From positions 124,001 through 188,000 of the forward strand of contig MCFH01000004.1 of NCBI GenBank assembly GCA_002104945.1: a stretch of DNA of 64,000 nt, in the 5' to 3' direction. The notes below the pieces were generated by a model that ran no database searches, was not told where the DNA came from, and worked only from the letters and a program-made list of their open reading frames with translations. The stretch comes from Piromyces finnis finn (lineage: Eukaryota; Fungi; Neocallimastigomycota). Below are positions 45,824 to 64,000 of the stretch, in pieces. Positions within the stretch are counted from its first letter, which is position 1, and each line of letters begins with the position of its first letter. The translations under genes and the position numbers were made by a program.

Positions 45824-48800
45824 ATGGATTCAACGAAAGGTTCGGAATTAAATACAAATAATACTAATACAAACAATAGTACGGCAAGTTCTTCGACAGA
45901 TAACACAAAAAACAATAAGAAAAATGGTGGAAATAAGAATAATCAAAGAAGAAATTTCAATAGCAATGATAAAAAAAATGAAAGTAAAAAGGGAAAACAA
46001 CCTTTTAAGGGAAAAAATAATAATATAAATGATTCATCTTCTAGTCAAGCTGGTGGTGATGTTAATCAAAAATCAAATGGTAATAATAATAAAGGTGGAA
46101 GAAATAGAAATGTCAGAAATAAAAAAATACAAGATAATAAGGATAAAGATAATGTAACTACTGAAGGTGGAAACAATAATAACAATAATAATAAAAGGAA
46201 AACAAGAAATAATAATATTAGAAATAAAAAGAATAATGATGAAAATGAAGTATCCAACGCTGATGGACCATCTAATGACAATGTTTCATCTAGAGGCAAT
46301 AATAAAAAAAATCGTTCTAGAAATAAGAATAATAAAAAACATTATAATGATGAAGGAGGTGATGCTTCTGATGTGGAAAGTTCTACCTCCCACTTGGACG
46401 AAAAATCAAGTAAGAATTTTAGACGTAATGTATTAATGCGTAAACCAAAAGATTTTGGCAAATTAACAGTATCAGATGATGTTGATGATAATAAAGATTC
46501 CAGTAAAGAATCTATCGATCATGAAAATCATAATCATAATCATAATCATAATCATAATCATAATTATAATGGTGGTTCAAGGAATAGTCATCGTGGTAAT
46601 AAGGCACATAATCAACGTCTTACTAATATAGAAAAGGTTGAATTAATGACAAAAAAAGTTACTAATGCTTCTGATCAGGACTTGCAATTTAATTTAATTG
46701 TTGAATTAACTAACTCAACTTATGAATGTATGGTTTGTTATAATATTGTTAAACCAAAGGATTATATTTGGTCTTGTCCAATTTGTTATAATGTATTTCA
46801 TTTAAATTGTATCAAAAAATGGGCAAAGACCGATGTCTCTACAGCTAATGAAGATGGTGGTTGGCGTTGTCCTGGTTGTCAATCAGCTATTAATGAAGTT
46901 CCTAAGAAATATACTTGTTATTGTGGAAAGATTGAAAATCCTCGTTTTAATCCATATATCACTCCTCATTCTTGTACTAATATTTGTGGTCGTTCTAGGG
47001 ATTGCACCCATCCTTGTCATGAACAATGTCACCCAGGACCATGTTCTCCTTGTACTCTTTTCGCTCCAGAAGAAAAATGTTATTGTGGTAAAAAGAGCTA
47101 CACATATCGTTGTAGTGATCTTCAAAAAAATCATCAATTAATCATGGAACAAAAATGCTGTGGAGAAGTATGTGGTAAATTTTTAAATTGTGGCCGTCAT
47201 ACCTGTACCAAACTTTGTCATCCTGGTCCATGTGATGAATGTAAAGAATCCACCACCGAAAGTTGTTACTGTGGTCAGGAATCTAGAGAATTTAGTTGTG
47301 GTACAGAACATAAATACTCTTGTCATACCCTTTGTTCCTTTGTATACCCTTGTAAGGAACATCATTGTGAGAGAAAATGTCACCCACCATCAGAACATGG
47401 TTCTTGCTGTCCATTCGATCCATTGGTAAACTATCAAAGAATTTAAATAAAACTAAAAAAAAAAAAATTGCATTCCTTTTTAAATTATCTTTCCGTGGTA
47501 AAAAACTAATATATTTTAAATGAAAATTTTATTGATATTATTAATAGGTTTATGAAAGATGTCCATGTGGAGCCAAAACTGTAATAGAAATATTAGGTGG
47601 TAAGAATAGAACTAAATGTACTGATGATTTAGTCTTTTGTGGTGGCCAATGTAATAAAGAATTACCTTGTGGCCATCGTTGTCAAGCTAAATGTCACTTT
47701 GGTCCTTGTCCAACTTGTGATTTAAAGGTATCTATTAAATGTAGATGTGGTAGTAATACTTTTGAAACACCATGTAGTGAACTTTCCCTTAATAGTAGTG
47801 AAGAATTACAACTTCCTCTTTGTAATAAGAAATGTAATAATCTTTTAGGCTGTGGTAGACATCGTTGTACTAATGTTTGCTGTCCAGCAAAAGGAAAACC
47901 ATTAGAATCTTTAGAAGCTTTCCAATTTCATAAATGTCCTCTTGTTTGTAACAAACAATTGAATTGTGGAAATCATACATGTCAGGAGCCATGTCATCGA
48001 GGCCCATGTCACCGATGTTATATAGCTACATTTGAAGATTTAGTATGTCATTGTGGAAAAACTAGATTAGAAGCACCTATTCCTTGTGGGGTCACCTCTG
48101 TTGAATGTAAATTCCCATGTATTCGTCAAAAACCTTGTGGTCACCCACAATTTTCTGTACATAACTGTCATGGGGATGATAAACCTTGCCCACCATGTGT
48201 CCTTCTTACTGAAAGAAGATGTGAATGTGGTGGTTCTATGGTTAAAAATATTCCATGTTTCAGTACTAATCCTGTTTCTTGTGGTAATCCATGTCAAAAG
48301 AGAAGATCTGATTGTGGTCATAAATGTAATCGTATATGTCACTCAAATAAATGTGAATATGAACCTTGTAAAGAAGTTTGTGATGCATTGAAAAAAGGCT
48401 GTCCACATCGTTGTAAAGAAAATTGCCACTTAGGTACATCTTGTCCAGAAGATAAACCTTGTACTGAAACCATTGTAGCCATGTGTAAATGTGGTAACAT
48501 TTCAATGGATGTAGAATGTGGTGCTACTGTTGATAACCCTCGTCATTCAACATTCATTCAACTTCCATGTGATGATAATTGTGCTCTTAAAGAACGTAAT
48601 AGGCGTTTGGCAGAAGCTCTAGGTGTTTCTGTTGATACTGTTACGGATTCAAAGTGTACTTATCCTTCTGGTCTTTGTGATTTCACACGTCAAAATTACG
48701 ATTGGGTAGTTGAATTAGAACGTAAATTGGAACGTTTCATCAAATCAAAAGATACCATACTTAAATTACCAAAAATGAAACCAACGCATACTGTATTTTA

Positions 48801-49845
48801 TGGAAAATACGCCAGATATTATTATAATTTCCAAGTTACTTACTATGACTACCCACCTAATCAAACAGTTGCAATTGAAAAGGTCGTTGGTACTCAAATC
48901 CCTGGTACTCTTATTAGTAAATTTATTCTTCAACCTGATTGTGACAATTATGAAAAGAAAGAATATGTTAGTGTTAATGAAAAAACACATTATACCAATG
49001 CTATAAATGCCATTATTATGGTTGGTATTAAAAATGGTTTAACTAATACCGATTTAGAAATTCTTTTAAAACCTATTTTTGGAATGTTAACTGAAATCAC
49101 CATCAATTGGATTCATGAAGATCAAGATGCTGTTATTATGATTGATCATATCAAGAAACCATCCTTAACCAATTCTAAGGTTCTTACTCAACAAAAATTA
49201 TCTCCTGAAGAAATGGAAGAAATGTTAGAAGATTGTTGTATTAGAGTTGAAGATAAATTCGTTACAAATGAATGGGCTACTGAGGTTCGTTGCGTATGGA
49301 TTAACGCTAATATGGAAATTGTTGAACCTAAGAAAAATAACGATCGTTCTTTCACATCTGTCTCTAAAAGAAAACAACCTGTATTGGAAAGTAACGCTTT
49401 AGAACTCGAAGATAATATTTGGGATGTTCTAAATACTAATGAAAACACAAGCAACAAAAAAGTAGGTGATAATGCTGATCCATGGGATGAAGGAGAATCT
49501 AGTACTACTTCAAAAAAGAATAAAAATACAAATTCTAATGATAAGCCATTACTTGATCAAATTAATGATACAGAGTGGGATGATGATTTTGATGCACCTG
49601 CCAAAAATACCACTTCTAATGGCGGTGGAATGTTAAGTAATGATGCTGAAACTAATGCTTTATTAGAATTAGAAATTTATGGTGAAATAAGAACAAAGCC
49701 TTCTTCTTCTGTCAAGGATGTAGAAGATCATCAGGAAAAGGAAGGTGATAAATCACAAAATTCTTCCCCTAATACTAAATTAGCTAATAATAATGAACAA
49801 GAAGAAGATGTTGTTGATAATTGGATGGACTTATTAGATGATTAA
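45824..49845 (+). CDS. FAP1: Full-length NFX1/Fap1/shuttle-craft-type protein (RING + NF-X1 fingers + degenerate R3H), one intron 47426-47547
   Basis: YECMVC..CPIC..FHLNCIKKW..WRCPGCQ; many NF-X1 units; the splice PL|VYERCPCG is in frame; CDDNCALKERNRRLAEAL; R3H-like LKLPKMKPTHTVFYGKYARYYYNFQVTYYDYPPNQTV. Confidence 0.92.
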
Positions 49846-50343
49846 ATGATTAAAATCATTAAATTTTATATATATTTTTATATAAACTACTATACTTTTT
49901 ACTCAATACTATTAGATTATTATTTTTTTATATAAATTTAACTAAAATGAATCATTTCATAATAATTTATTTATAATTTTATTTTATTTTATTTTTTATT
50001 ATAATTATTTTGAATTATTAAATTCTATATGCAATTAATTTTTAACTATTGTTATCAAGAAAATTTAATTATATAATGAATAATCATTTAAAAGATTAAA
50101 TGAAGAAATAATTTAAAGGAAAAAATAAAATAAAATAAAAAAATTTACATAATTTAGCAGTATGTATTATTTTATTATATTTTATTTCATAAATGAGTAT
50201 TTTATTATATTTTTATATTTGAAAAATTAATCATATAATTAATAAATTATTGTATTATTGAAAATAAGTCAAAGATATTATGTGTTTATGTGAATTAATA
50301 GATTATTTAATATAAAAAAAAATGGTATAAATATATATCTAAT

Positions 50344-55473
<5,130 letters not shown>

Positions 55474-55643
55474 TTTCTTTTTTATATTATTAAAAATAAT
55501 ATTTTTCGTGTTTTTTTATATCTATTATATTATATGATTTAATATAATAATGTATTTATTATTTCTTTTTAAACATGAAATATACAAAATTATAACAAAA
55601 TACTTTTTTATTTTTTCTTTTTAAATTCTCAATTATTTATAAT

Positions 55644-55685
<42 letters not shown>

Positions 55686-56621
55686 CATAATATATTAATT
55701 AAAAAATCTCTGTATCTAGAAATTGCTGCGTAAATTACATAATATTTATTAATAAATATGATTTGTTTTGTTTTGTTTTTTCAATAATTTCGAAGTTTAT
55801 TTTCATCAAAATTAATTGTAAATTTGTAAATTATTCCTTATTTCTATAATAAATAAAAAATAAAAATTATATTAAAACTCAGAATATTAATAAAATAAAA
55901 TAAAAGAAATAAATATAATATATTCTATAATATAATAATTTAAAATATATCTTTTTTAAAAAAAATAATATCTTATATTGAAAGGAGAGTTTATAGTTTA
56001 TTGGAGAATAGTTAATTAATAGTGGTTATTATATATATGATTTTTATTAACATAGACTTTATAAAAAAAGTTATACGTTTGTAAATCAAATTCAATTGAC
56101 TTTATATTATATAATCTAAATATATATATTTTTATTATTATTAAATTATAAAATAATTTTGATTAAAATTGTTATTAAATTTATTAGAAAATATATATTC
56201 AGAGATTTTTTAGTATACCTGTTAGTAAAAATAAGTTATATTTTTAAAATAAATAAATGATGTTTGTTTTAATTTTAATTTTCAACTCCTAAGAATATTT
56301 TTCTTTTCTTTTTAGTAATAATAAGACTATTAAATATATAATTATTAATAATATTACGATATATTATATATCATTGGTATTTACTTTAGATATTTTAAGT
56401 ATTACAATTTAATGAAATATTATAATTATTTTTACAAAATGATATAACAACTTTGGTACAAAAAAATTTATTTTTATTTATCTAAAAGATTTTTATTTTA
56501 TATTTTTATATTTAATATTTTTATTTTACATTAAAATATGTAATGCTTTATAAGTATCATCAAATATAAAGTATTTATTATTAAAATAGAAAAAAAACAT
56601 AATAAAATTTATGTCTTTTCA

Positions 56622-58590
56622 TTACTCTTCATCATATTCATTAAAGCATTCATCAATGGATGGGAAGTATTGCTTAAATCTATAATATAATGAGGATAAT
56701 GGACATTTATTAAAATCACACCAATTTGTTTTAATTACTTGACCATTATAAATTACTCTTACTACATAGTCATTAAAATCAACACTATCGTAGTTACTTT
56801 TATTATCTCTCCAAAGTTCAAAAATAAGATTTGATGCATATGGTGGCCATTCCATTGGCTCATTACCTAAAGCGCCTAAAATGGGTGCTATTGAATTATC
56901 ATGTCCAGAAAGAATATAAAAACTTGGGGTATTATTAAGTTTTCTATCATGTTTACTACCAACAGTACTACCCATATTGTTAATAATTTCCCTTAAAAAA
57001 TAACCAATACCAGTTTTAAGATATTTATCACTATATTTTGCTTTGGAAAATAAATATCCATATTCGAAATCTGCATTATTATTAATATGTTGTAATATTT
57101 CTGTGGTATAGTGACAATTACCCGCAATACATGGTAATTTCATATCATGGCAAGCTCTTGCTAAAAATACATCAACATATCTAATGGATTTCATAATATT
57201 AATCAAGAAGAAAATGTATAAACAAAAATTTTTTTAAAAAATTATTAATACAATGTTTTTTTTTTCTCGAATTTTTAATAATATATCCTAATTAATTTTT
57301 TTAATTTTTAATATTATTACTTTTGAAAACCATAATTATCTTCATTTAGTGGATATCCCATGTAGTCATCTAATTTCTTTTTAAATTCAGCATTTTTTTT
57401 AATATATTCTTCCCATCCAGATTCACCTTTAATTTTTTCTTCCATTTTACCCAATAATGGACAAACTCTATGATTTGGATAATATGTTTCTATTTCTTGT
57501 GGAACCGTATGAATTGGTATTGATTCAGTACGATTTGACATAAATCCACTAACTAGACTTTGAGCAGAAAGTTCTGTTCTCCTGTATTAAATAATTAATA
57601 AGTGTCATATAAAATATAAAATATTAGTCACTTACATTGCGTTTATATATTTATTTTTATAATAAAAAATAGAAGTCTTCTTTTCAATATTTATATTTTA
57701 AAATAATAGTTTTTTTTTAAACAAGCAAAAAAAAAAAAAAAAAGTATCATTACATTATTTTTTATATATAAAAACTTACAGTATATTAGTACTTCTAACA
57801 TATAATTCGGATAATGAATTTTCATCAATAAATTTTAATTTATTAACATAAATATCTCTTAAAGCTTTTCCTAACTTAATATGTTGATCACTTCCTTTCT
57901 TGGTTAATTGACCTGGAAACTTCATTTAAATATAAAAGATAAAAGTATTATTATTTTCATTTGTTCTTAATAAATATATATAATATAAACATAGATATGA
58001 AAATTAAATAATTATATTATTTACACAGGTTCCTTTCCAGAATGAATTTCTTATGTATGGGTTACTATAATCCGGGTCAGCTGCAGTATCAATAAATTTT
58101 AAATATGTTGATGGACCATTAGGATCATTAAGGGAAACATATTCCTTTGGTGAGTTGCATTGCCAAACATTATCTTCATTATCTTTAACCAATGTTAATG
58201 GTGTTCTATCACCATGACGTGTAACAACTTGAACAGAATGTAATGTAAAGCCTTCCTATAAAGCATTATTTTTATTTTATATACAAATAATATTTTATAT
58301 TTGGTTAAAGTCATTTCATTATAACTAATAATCAAATTTCTAAAAAAAAAAAAAAAAATTTATTATTTTAAAAATTTAAAAATTTTTGTTTATAAAGCTC
58401 TATTCTACTTTGAACATACTAATTCTTTATAGTCCTCTACTACAGGTCTTTTTGCTTCACAATACTTTAATTTTGACGAATCATATGTTGGAAATTTACT
58501 TTTATTCAGATTAACTAAAATTTGATTTCCTGGAAAGGCGTTAACATTAATAATTAATGATAAAATTGAAGTTAAATATTTATATTTCAT
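56622..58590 (-). CDS. Secreted histidine acid phosphatase (branch 2, His_Phos_2), 5 exons
   Basis: Signal peptide MKYKYLTSILSLIINVNAFP; VQVVTRHGDRTP (~58199-58234); GQLTKKG..H..LG..LR..Y; YVRSTN..RT..SAQS; ILSGHDNSIAPILGAL; WPPYASNLIFELW. Confidence 0.93.
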
Positions 58591-59190
58591 TTTTTCTTTT
58601 TTTTAAAAAAATAAAAATTTCTCTTTAATTATTTAATATAAATTGATTTTTTTAAATCTCTTGAAGGTTTATTATAATTTTTATTATCTAAAAAAAAAAA
58701 TATGCTTTCATTTCTAAATTAAATTATTAAACTTTAATTTATATTAAATTTTGATTTTATTAATATTTAAAATTTAAACCATGAAGTTCTATATTATAAA
58801 AATTGGTAAAAAAAACTTTTTTTCATAATACATCATAAAATATATATTACGCTATCAAAAATAGCAAAATTAAAAAAAAAAAAAAAAAAAGATATATTCC
58901 TTCTAGCATATATATATATACGTATTTTTTATCTTCATATATATTACCATTTAGTAAATTATATAAATAAAATAAATAAAATTAAAAATGTAAAAAAAGA
59001 ATTTTGAATTCTATTGTCTATATATATATATAATTCATTAATTTTTTTATTTATTAATAAAATATATGTATTTAAAATATCCTAATACATATTATAATAT
59101 GTATATAGTATATCTATTTACAATAAATATAATAAAAGAAAAAAAAATAAAATAAAAAATTCTATTGATATTATTTTTAATTTTTTTTTT

Positions 59191-62100
59191 TTAAAGCTGT
59201 GAATAATTTTCTGAACAATAAAGGTTATACAATTTTTTGGCCATAACTTTAGTAATTCTCTTTCTTTTAGGTATATCTTCAGTGACCATATTACTAAAGA
59301 ATTCCTCTATTTCATAAACTGTTTTACACTTTTTAAATGATTCCATGAATCTATTGATTTATTTAATTTTTTTTTTTTAATAATAAATATATATTAATAT
59401 TATTCGAATAACAAAAACATTAATAAAAGAATTATTCTTTTTATTAAATAAAGTAATAACAATAATAAATATATTAAATATATACTTACAACGAAAATGT
59501 TGGATACTTATAAATAATAGTATTTGCTTTATCTGAGCTAACACCTCGAATACATTGTAACCAGGTAGCCCAAATATTTGATATAGTTAAAGATTGTGTT
59601 TTACTATTAATAGATGAAAAATAATCGTAAGTTAAGTGATAGAAACACTGATCTCTTTGATTAAGAATATTTCGAACAGTAGGTAACTCCTTAAGAGTAT
59701 TACGTTTAAATGAATAAGCAAATATTGGTTGATTCTGAAATATTATATAATGTAAATAATGTAGATATATATATATAATAAAGTAAAAGATAATTAATAA
59801 CACTATCTTATTAATTATTATTATTCTTTATAATTACATAAATATAAACTTACTTTGTATTTCATTTTGAGAGATTTAGTAATAATAGAAAAATAATTCA
59901 TTGTTTCTTCTATGTTTGAAGTTCTCTTAATAAAAAAGGAATTATAAATTTGGGTACTACAGAGAGCACTCATAATTCTATCAGCACCAAACAATTCTGA
60001 TTGCTTAGTTTTGGTGCCTTCCACTAAATAAATTATATCATTAATTCCACAATTTTTTAAACGATTCTATATATAAGAATAATAAAGTTATATATAAAAT
60101 TAATTTTTAAATTCAAATAAAAAAAAATTATTTAAGTAAAAAGGAAAAAAAAAAAAAAAAATTTCATTTATTTTAAAAATTACCTTCTGTTCTCTAAAAC
60201 GTCCATCTTTAATACTACTAATTAAATCATCTATTCTTTTACGTTCAATAATATGATCCAATACAACCTCAATACCATTTGGCTTTTTCTCTTTGGCAAT
60301 CCAGGTTACATCACCTAATACTAAAGGCCTAGTGTCACAATTAATTCCACGAAGTGCTAAATTATCCTGAATATAATTACGATCTGTTTTTGAAGAAACT
60401 TCACGATTATCCAATATCAAAATAATTTCATATTCATCAGGTTGTAAAACAATTCGTTGAGAAATCGATGGAACAAAAATATTCTCTTCCATATCTTTTT
60501 GTGATTGAGTTTGTAATAAAATTTCTTCTTCAACTAAATTAGTATCCCATTCATAGTCATCTATATTATCATTTTCGACATCAAAAACTTGATTATTTTC
60601 TTGAGTATTGAAATCATTCTCAATTCCATAATTATCATTCACATTTTCCTCTAAAAGGTAATTGGACTCAACTAATGAAGAAATATTTTTTATATTATTT
60701 TTCTGACTAAGAGACGTTGTTGGTGGTGGTAAAGAAGATGGTGGGGTATTTTTATTAAATTCAAATGGATCATTATGATTATTGAACTCTGATTCATTTC
60801 CCTTTTCATAGGATACATTATTAATATTTGTAGCTTCAGAAGAAGAATTAGTAGCATTCAATTTTCTCGCATAATGATGACAAGCATCATTATTTTTTTT
60901 ATTTCTAATAACTAATTCATCTTCACAATTATTATAATTGTTGAAATTATCATTTTCATCATCATCCTTTAATTCACTTTCTTGGTTATTTATTGCTGTA
61001 TCAACATTATAATCCTCCTTTTCGATAGGTAAAACAATGTTGCTTTTTTCATCATCATCAAGAAGAATGGCATTATTATTATGTCCACAATAAAATTCAC
61101 TCTTTAAATTTTCAGAATAACAATTATCATAGTCGATATCACAGTCAAAATTACAATTATAATCAAAATTACCATAATCAAAATCATTATAATCAAAACT
61201 AATGTTATTATTTAAATTATTATTATTAAGATTTTTATTTTCACTACTTTCAATAGCTGTACTATTATCTTTCTTTATTTTATTACCATTACTTTCTATT
61301 GGAGTAATTTCGTTTTTATTTGAATTTTTTAATCCGTCCATGTTTACTATTTCATGATTGTCTTCCTGCGATGAATAAAAATCAAAATCATTATTTATTT
61401 TTCTTTTTTTCAACAATAGAAAAGATTGGAAATCCTCATTATTATTATTATCAACATCTTTATCATTTTTTTCTAACAATGTCTCAATATTTTTCTTTCG
61501 TTTATTTTCACTTGAATTGGATAGATTACTATCTTCATTTTCAATATTATCATTATTGGCTTCTTCATCTGGATTTAGGTTCTTTATTGCAAAATCATCT
61601 TCAATATTGCTAAATTTTTTTGAAACCTCTTGTGTGAAAAGAATATTACTTAAATTCTTCTTTATTGGAGAACTTTCTAATAAATATTCATATTCATAGT
61701 TATCGTTAAAGTGATCACTTTTAACATTATTTTTTTCATTTTGAATTTTATCATCTTTATTAAATTGTAACTCTTCTTCTTTCTCCTCCCTGTTACTATC
61801 TATTTCTGTATTACTATGAATAAACGAATTTTGTTCCTCATTTATATCCTGTTGCGTTTGTGATTCCTTACTATAAGGTGTAGATTCCATTGTTGGTTTA
61901 ATATTATGTAAATTAAAATTAAAATCATTATCACGATTCAATAATAAACGAGTTAATCTATTTTTAGGTGTATTATAGTCATTTTGACTTAAATTTATAT
62001 GGTTGTTTTGATTTAGCATTGTTTCTTTATCCGAAATAAATGCGTTATTAGACGATGATAAATGTGAAAGCTGAATATCTTCATTTCTATTATTTTCTTC

Positions 62101-64000
62101 CTTTTCATATTGGTTTTCTTCTTCATTAATAGGTGTATCAATAATTTCATTTTCTCTATTATATTTAATAGGTGTTAAATAGCATACATTTGAATTGTTT
62201 GATCCCGGTAAAGGTGTTGGTGAAATTAAATGTTTTTGTTGAGAATATTCGATTTCCATTGAATCTCCATCAATAACAATAGGATCAATGAGAATACTTT
62301 TTTTATCTTTTCTTATACTATTTTCATTATCAGATTCATCTTCACTGCTACTACTATCTAAGTTTATAATTCTTGGGTATTTAGTAGTAGGAGTGAGGGG
62401 TATCGATCTCATAGTTTGAATAGCATTATTCAAAAAACTTGTATCCATTAATCCTGAATCATTTAATCTTTTGTTTGGTGAATAATCCTTATTATTAGTA
62501 TTACTGACATGATATTCATCATTGTTGTTTGTAACTTCAATTTCATTTCGTACCTTTTCTGTCAAAACAATACCATATTTTTCTGTTTTATCTTCTTGGG
62601 TTTTTTCTTCCATTTTTTCTTCTTTTGCTTCAACCTCTTCATCACTATTGATTTCGTTATTTTGAGTAAGGTGAATACTTTGATCTGATATCTCTATTGC
62701 GCTATTGTTACTACAAAATGATAAATCTCTAATTTCTTTAAAGAGCCTCTCATTGTTATATGCATACTCTTGCTTCTTTTTATTTTCTTTTTTCCCAGTA
62801 ACATTAATTACTAATGATTTATTAGATAATAAATTAATATTATTTTGTTCTTGATTCTTATACTCAATGTCACCACTAATTAATTTTCCATTTGTATTCT
62901 TGGAATTCTCAAACTCTATAATCGGATTATTATTATTAATACTTTTATCCTTACTTTCACCGTTACATACTTTATCATTTTTATTATTGTTGTTACCTTC
63001 ATCTTCATCTTTGTTATTATCATTCATTTCATTTGGAGATATGATCATATTATGTTCTCGTTGGGTGATATTTTTATCACTACCATTATTACTATTATTA
63101 TTACTATTATTATCACTTTTAATATCACCATTATTATTATTAATATTAACTGAATTTGATGAAGCTGTTATTGGTTCCTCTATTGGTAAACATTTATTTG
63201 ATAAAGATTTACTTGGTATTAATGTTGAAATGGAAGGATCAAAACCAATACTTAATTTATCTTTAGATTCTAAACTTTGATGATTTTCTGGGTTTTCAAA
63301 TATATATGATATTGATGACTCTGATAATGGTGATATATCACTTTTATCACTTATAGTTTTATCCATTAATTTATAACTTGCGTTTTTACAATCATTATCA
63401 TTTTCAACTTCCATATTAAATAACTCAAAATCTGCTGATGTGGGACATATTTTTGGTTTATTAATAAACACTTCACTATTATGTTCAAATAATATACTAT
63501 TTGAGATTGATGCATCAGTTAAATCCATAATATTTTTAATATCATTATTAGCTATTAAATTTGATTTGTCAGAAGAATCCTTTACAACCTTAATATTATC
63601 AGCATTGATTGTATTATCATCTTTATTCAAAATTTCTTTATCCTTTTCATTTGAAAATCCTGAAGCTCTTGTTAAAGCAAAAGTATCTTCCATAAAGCCA
63701 ATAATATAACCACCAAAAGACATCTTGTTAATAATATGTTTTGTGTATGAGTGATCTTTAAGCTTTTTTAGATAATAAACTTTATAATAATGTTTGCCAT
63801 TTTCTAATAAATACATAATAGTAATTATAATAATATAAAATATAAAATATATATATGTGTACCTATGTAAGTAAATTAAAACTCATAAAAAATAAAATAA
63901 AAAAATTTTTTATCTAAATTTAGTTATCTATAAATTATATTATTACCATATTTTGTAAATGCTTGTTCTTTGTCATATACAGCTTCATCTTCATCATTAA
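59191..64000 (-). CDS. MUS81: MUS81 crossover-junction endonuclease (ERCC4 + C-terminal HhH); 5' end outside the window
   Basis: IILILDNREV...LVLGDVTWIA...IIERKRIDDLISSIKDGRFREQK; TYDYFSSINSK; WLQCIRGVSSDKANTI (HhH). The last exon ends ...KVMAKKLYNLYCSENYSQL* at 59191. Confidence 0.93.

Overview
Extremely AT-rich (about 80% A+T by eye), intron-containing eukaryotic DNA using the standard code. It is most likely an anaerobic gut fungus (Neocallimastigomycota), inferred from composition, long poly-Asn tracts and solute-binding-protein/class C GPCR fusion genes. I reconstructed 16 spliced or single-exon loci by hand: Gyp2/TBC1D8-9 Rab-GAP (partial), CPSF6-like RRM/RS protein, a divergent GPP34/GOLPH3-family protein, a G/Y/P/Q-rich two-EF-hand protein, Gemin7 (missed by the ORF track), an intronless rhomboid, CHD1, thioredoxin (missed by the ORF track), a decayed CPBP/Abi protease pseudogene (visible only across frameshifts), two tandem SBP-GPCR receptors, two tandem NF-X1 zinc-finger/RING genes, a low-complexity orphan, a secreted histidine acid phosphatase and MUS81 (partial). 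No rRNA, tRNA, CRISPR array or transposase was recognised. The most interesting parts are the 29-38 kb block (CPBP relic plus a receptor pair with mosaic identity and divergence clustered in the ligand-binding lobe), the membrane-anchored bacterial-like GPP34, and the R3H-less NFX1 paralogue. All family calls come from motif recognition, not database searches; exon boundaries are manual GT-AG reconstructions.
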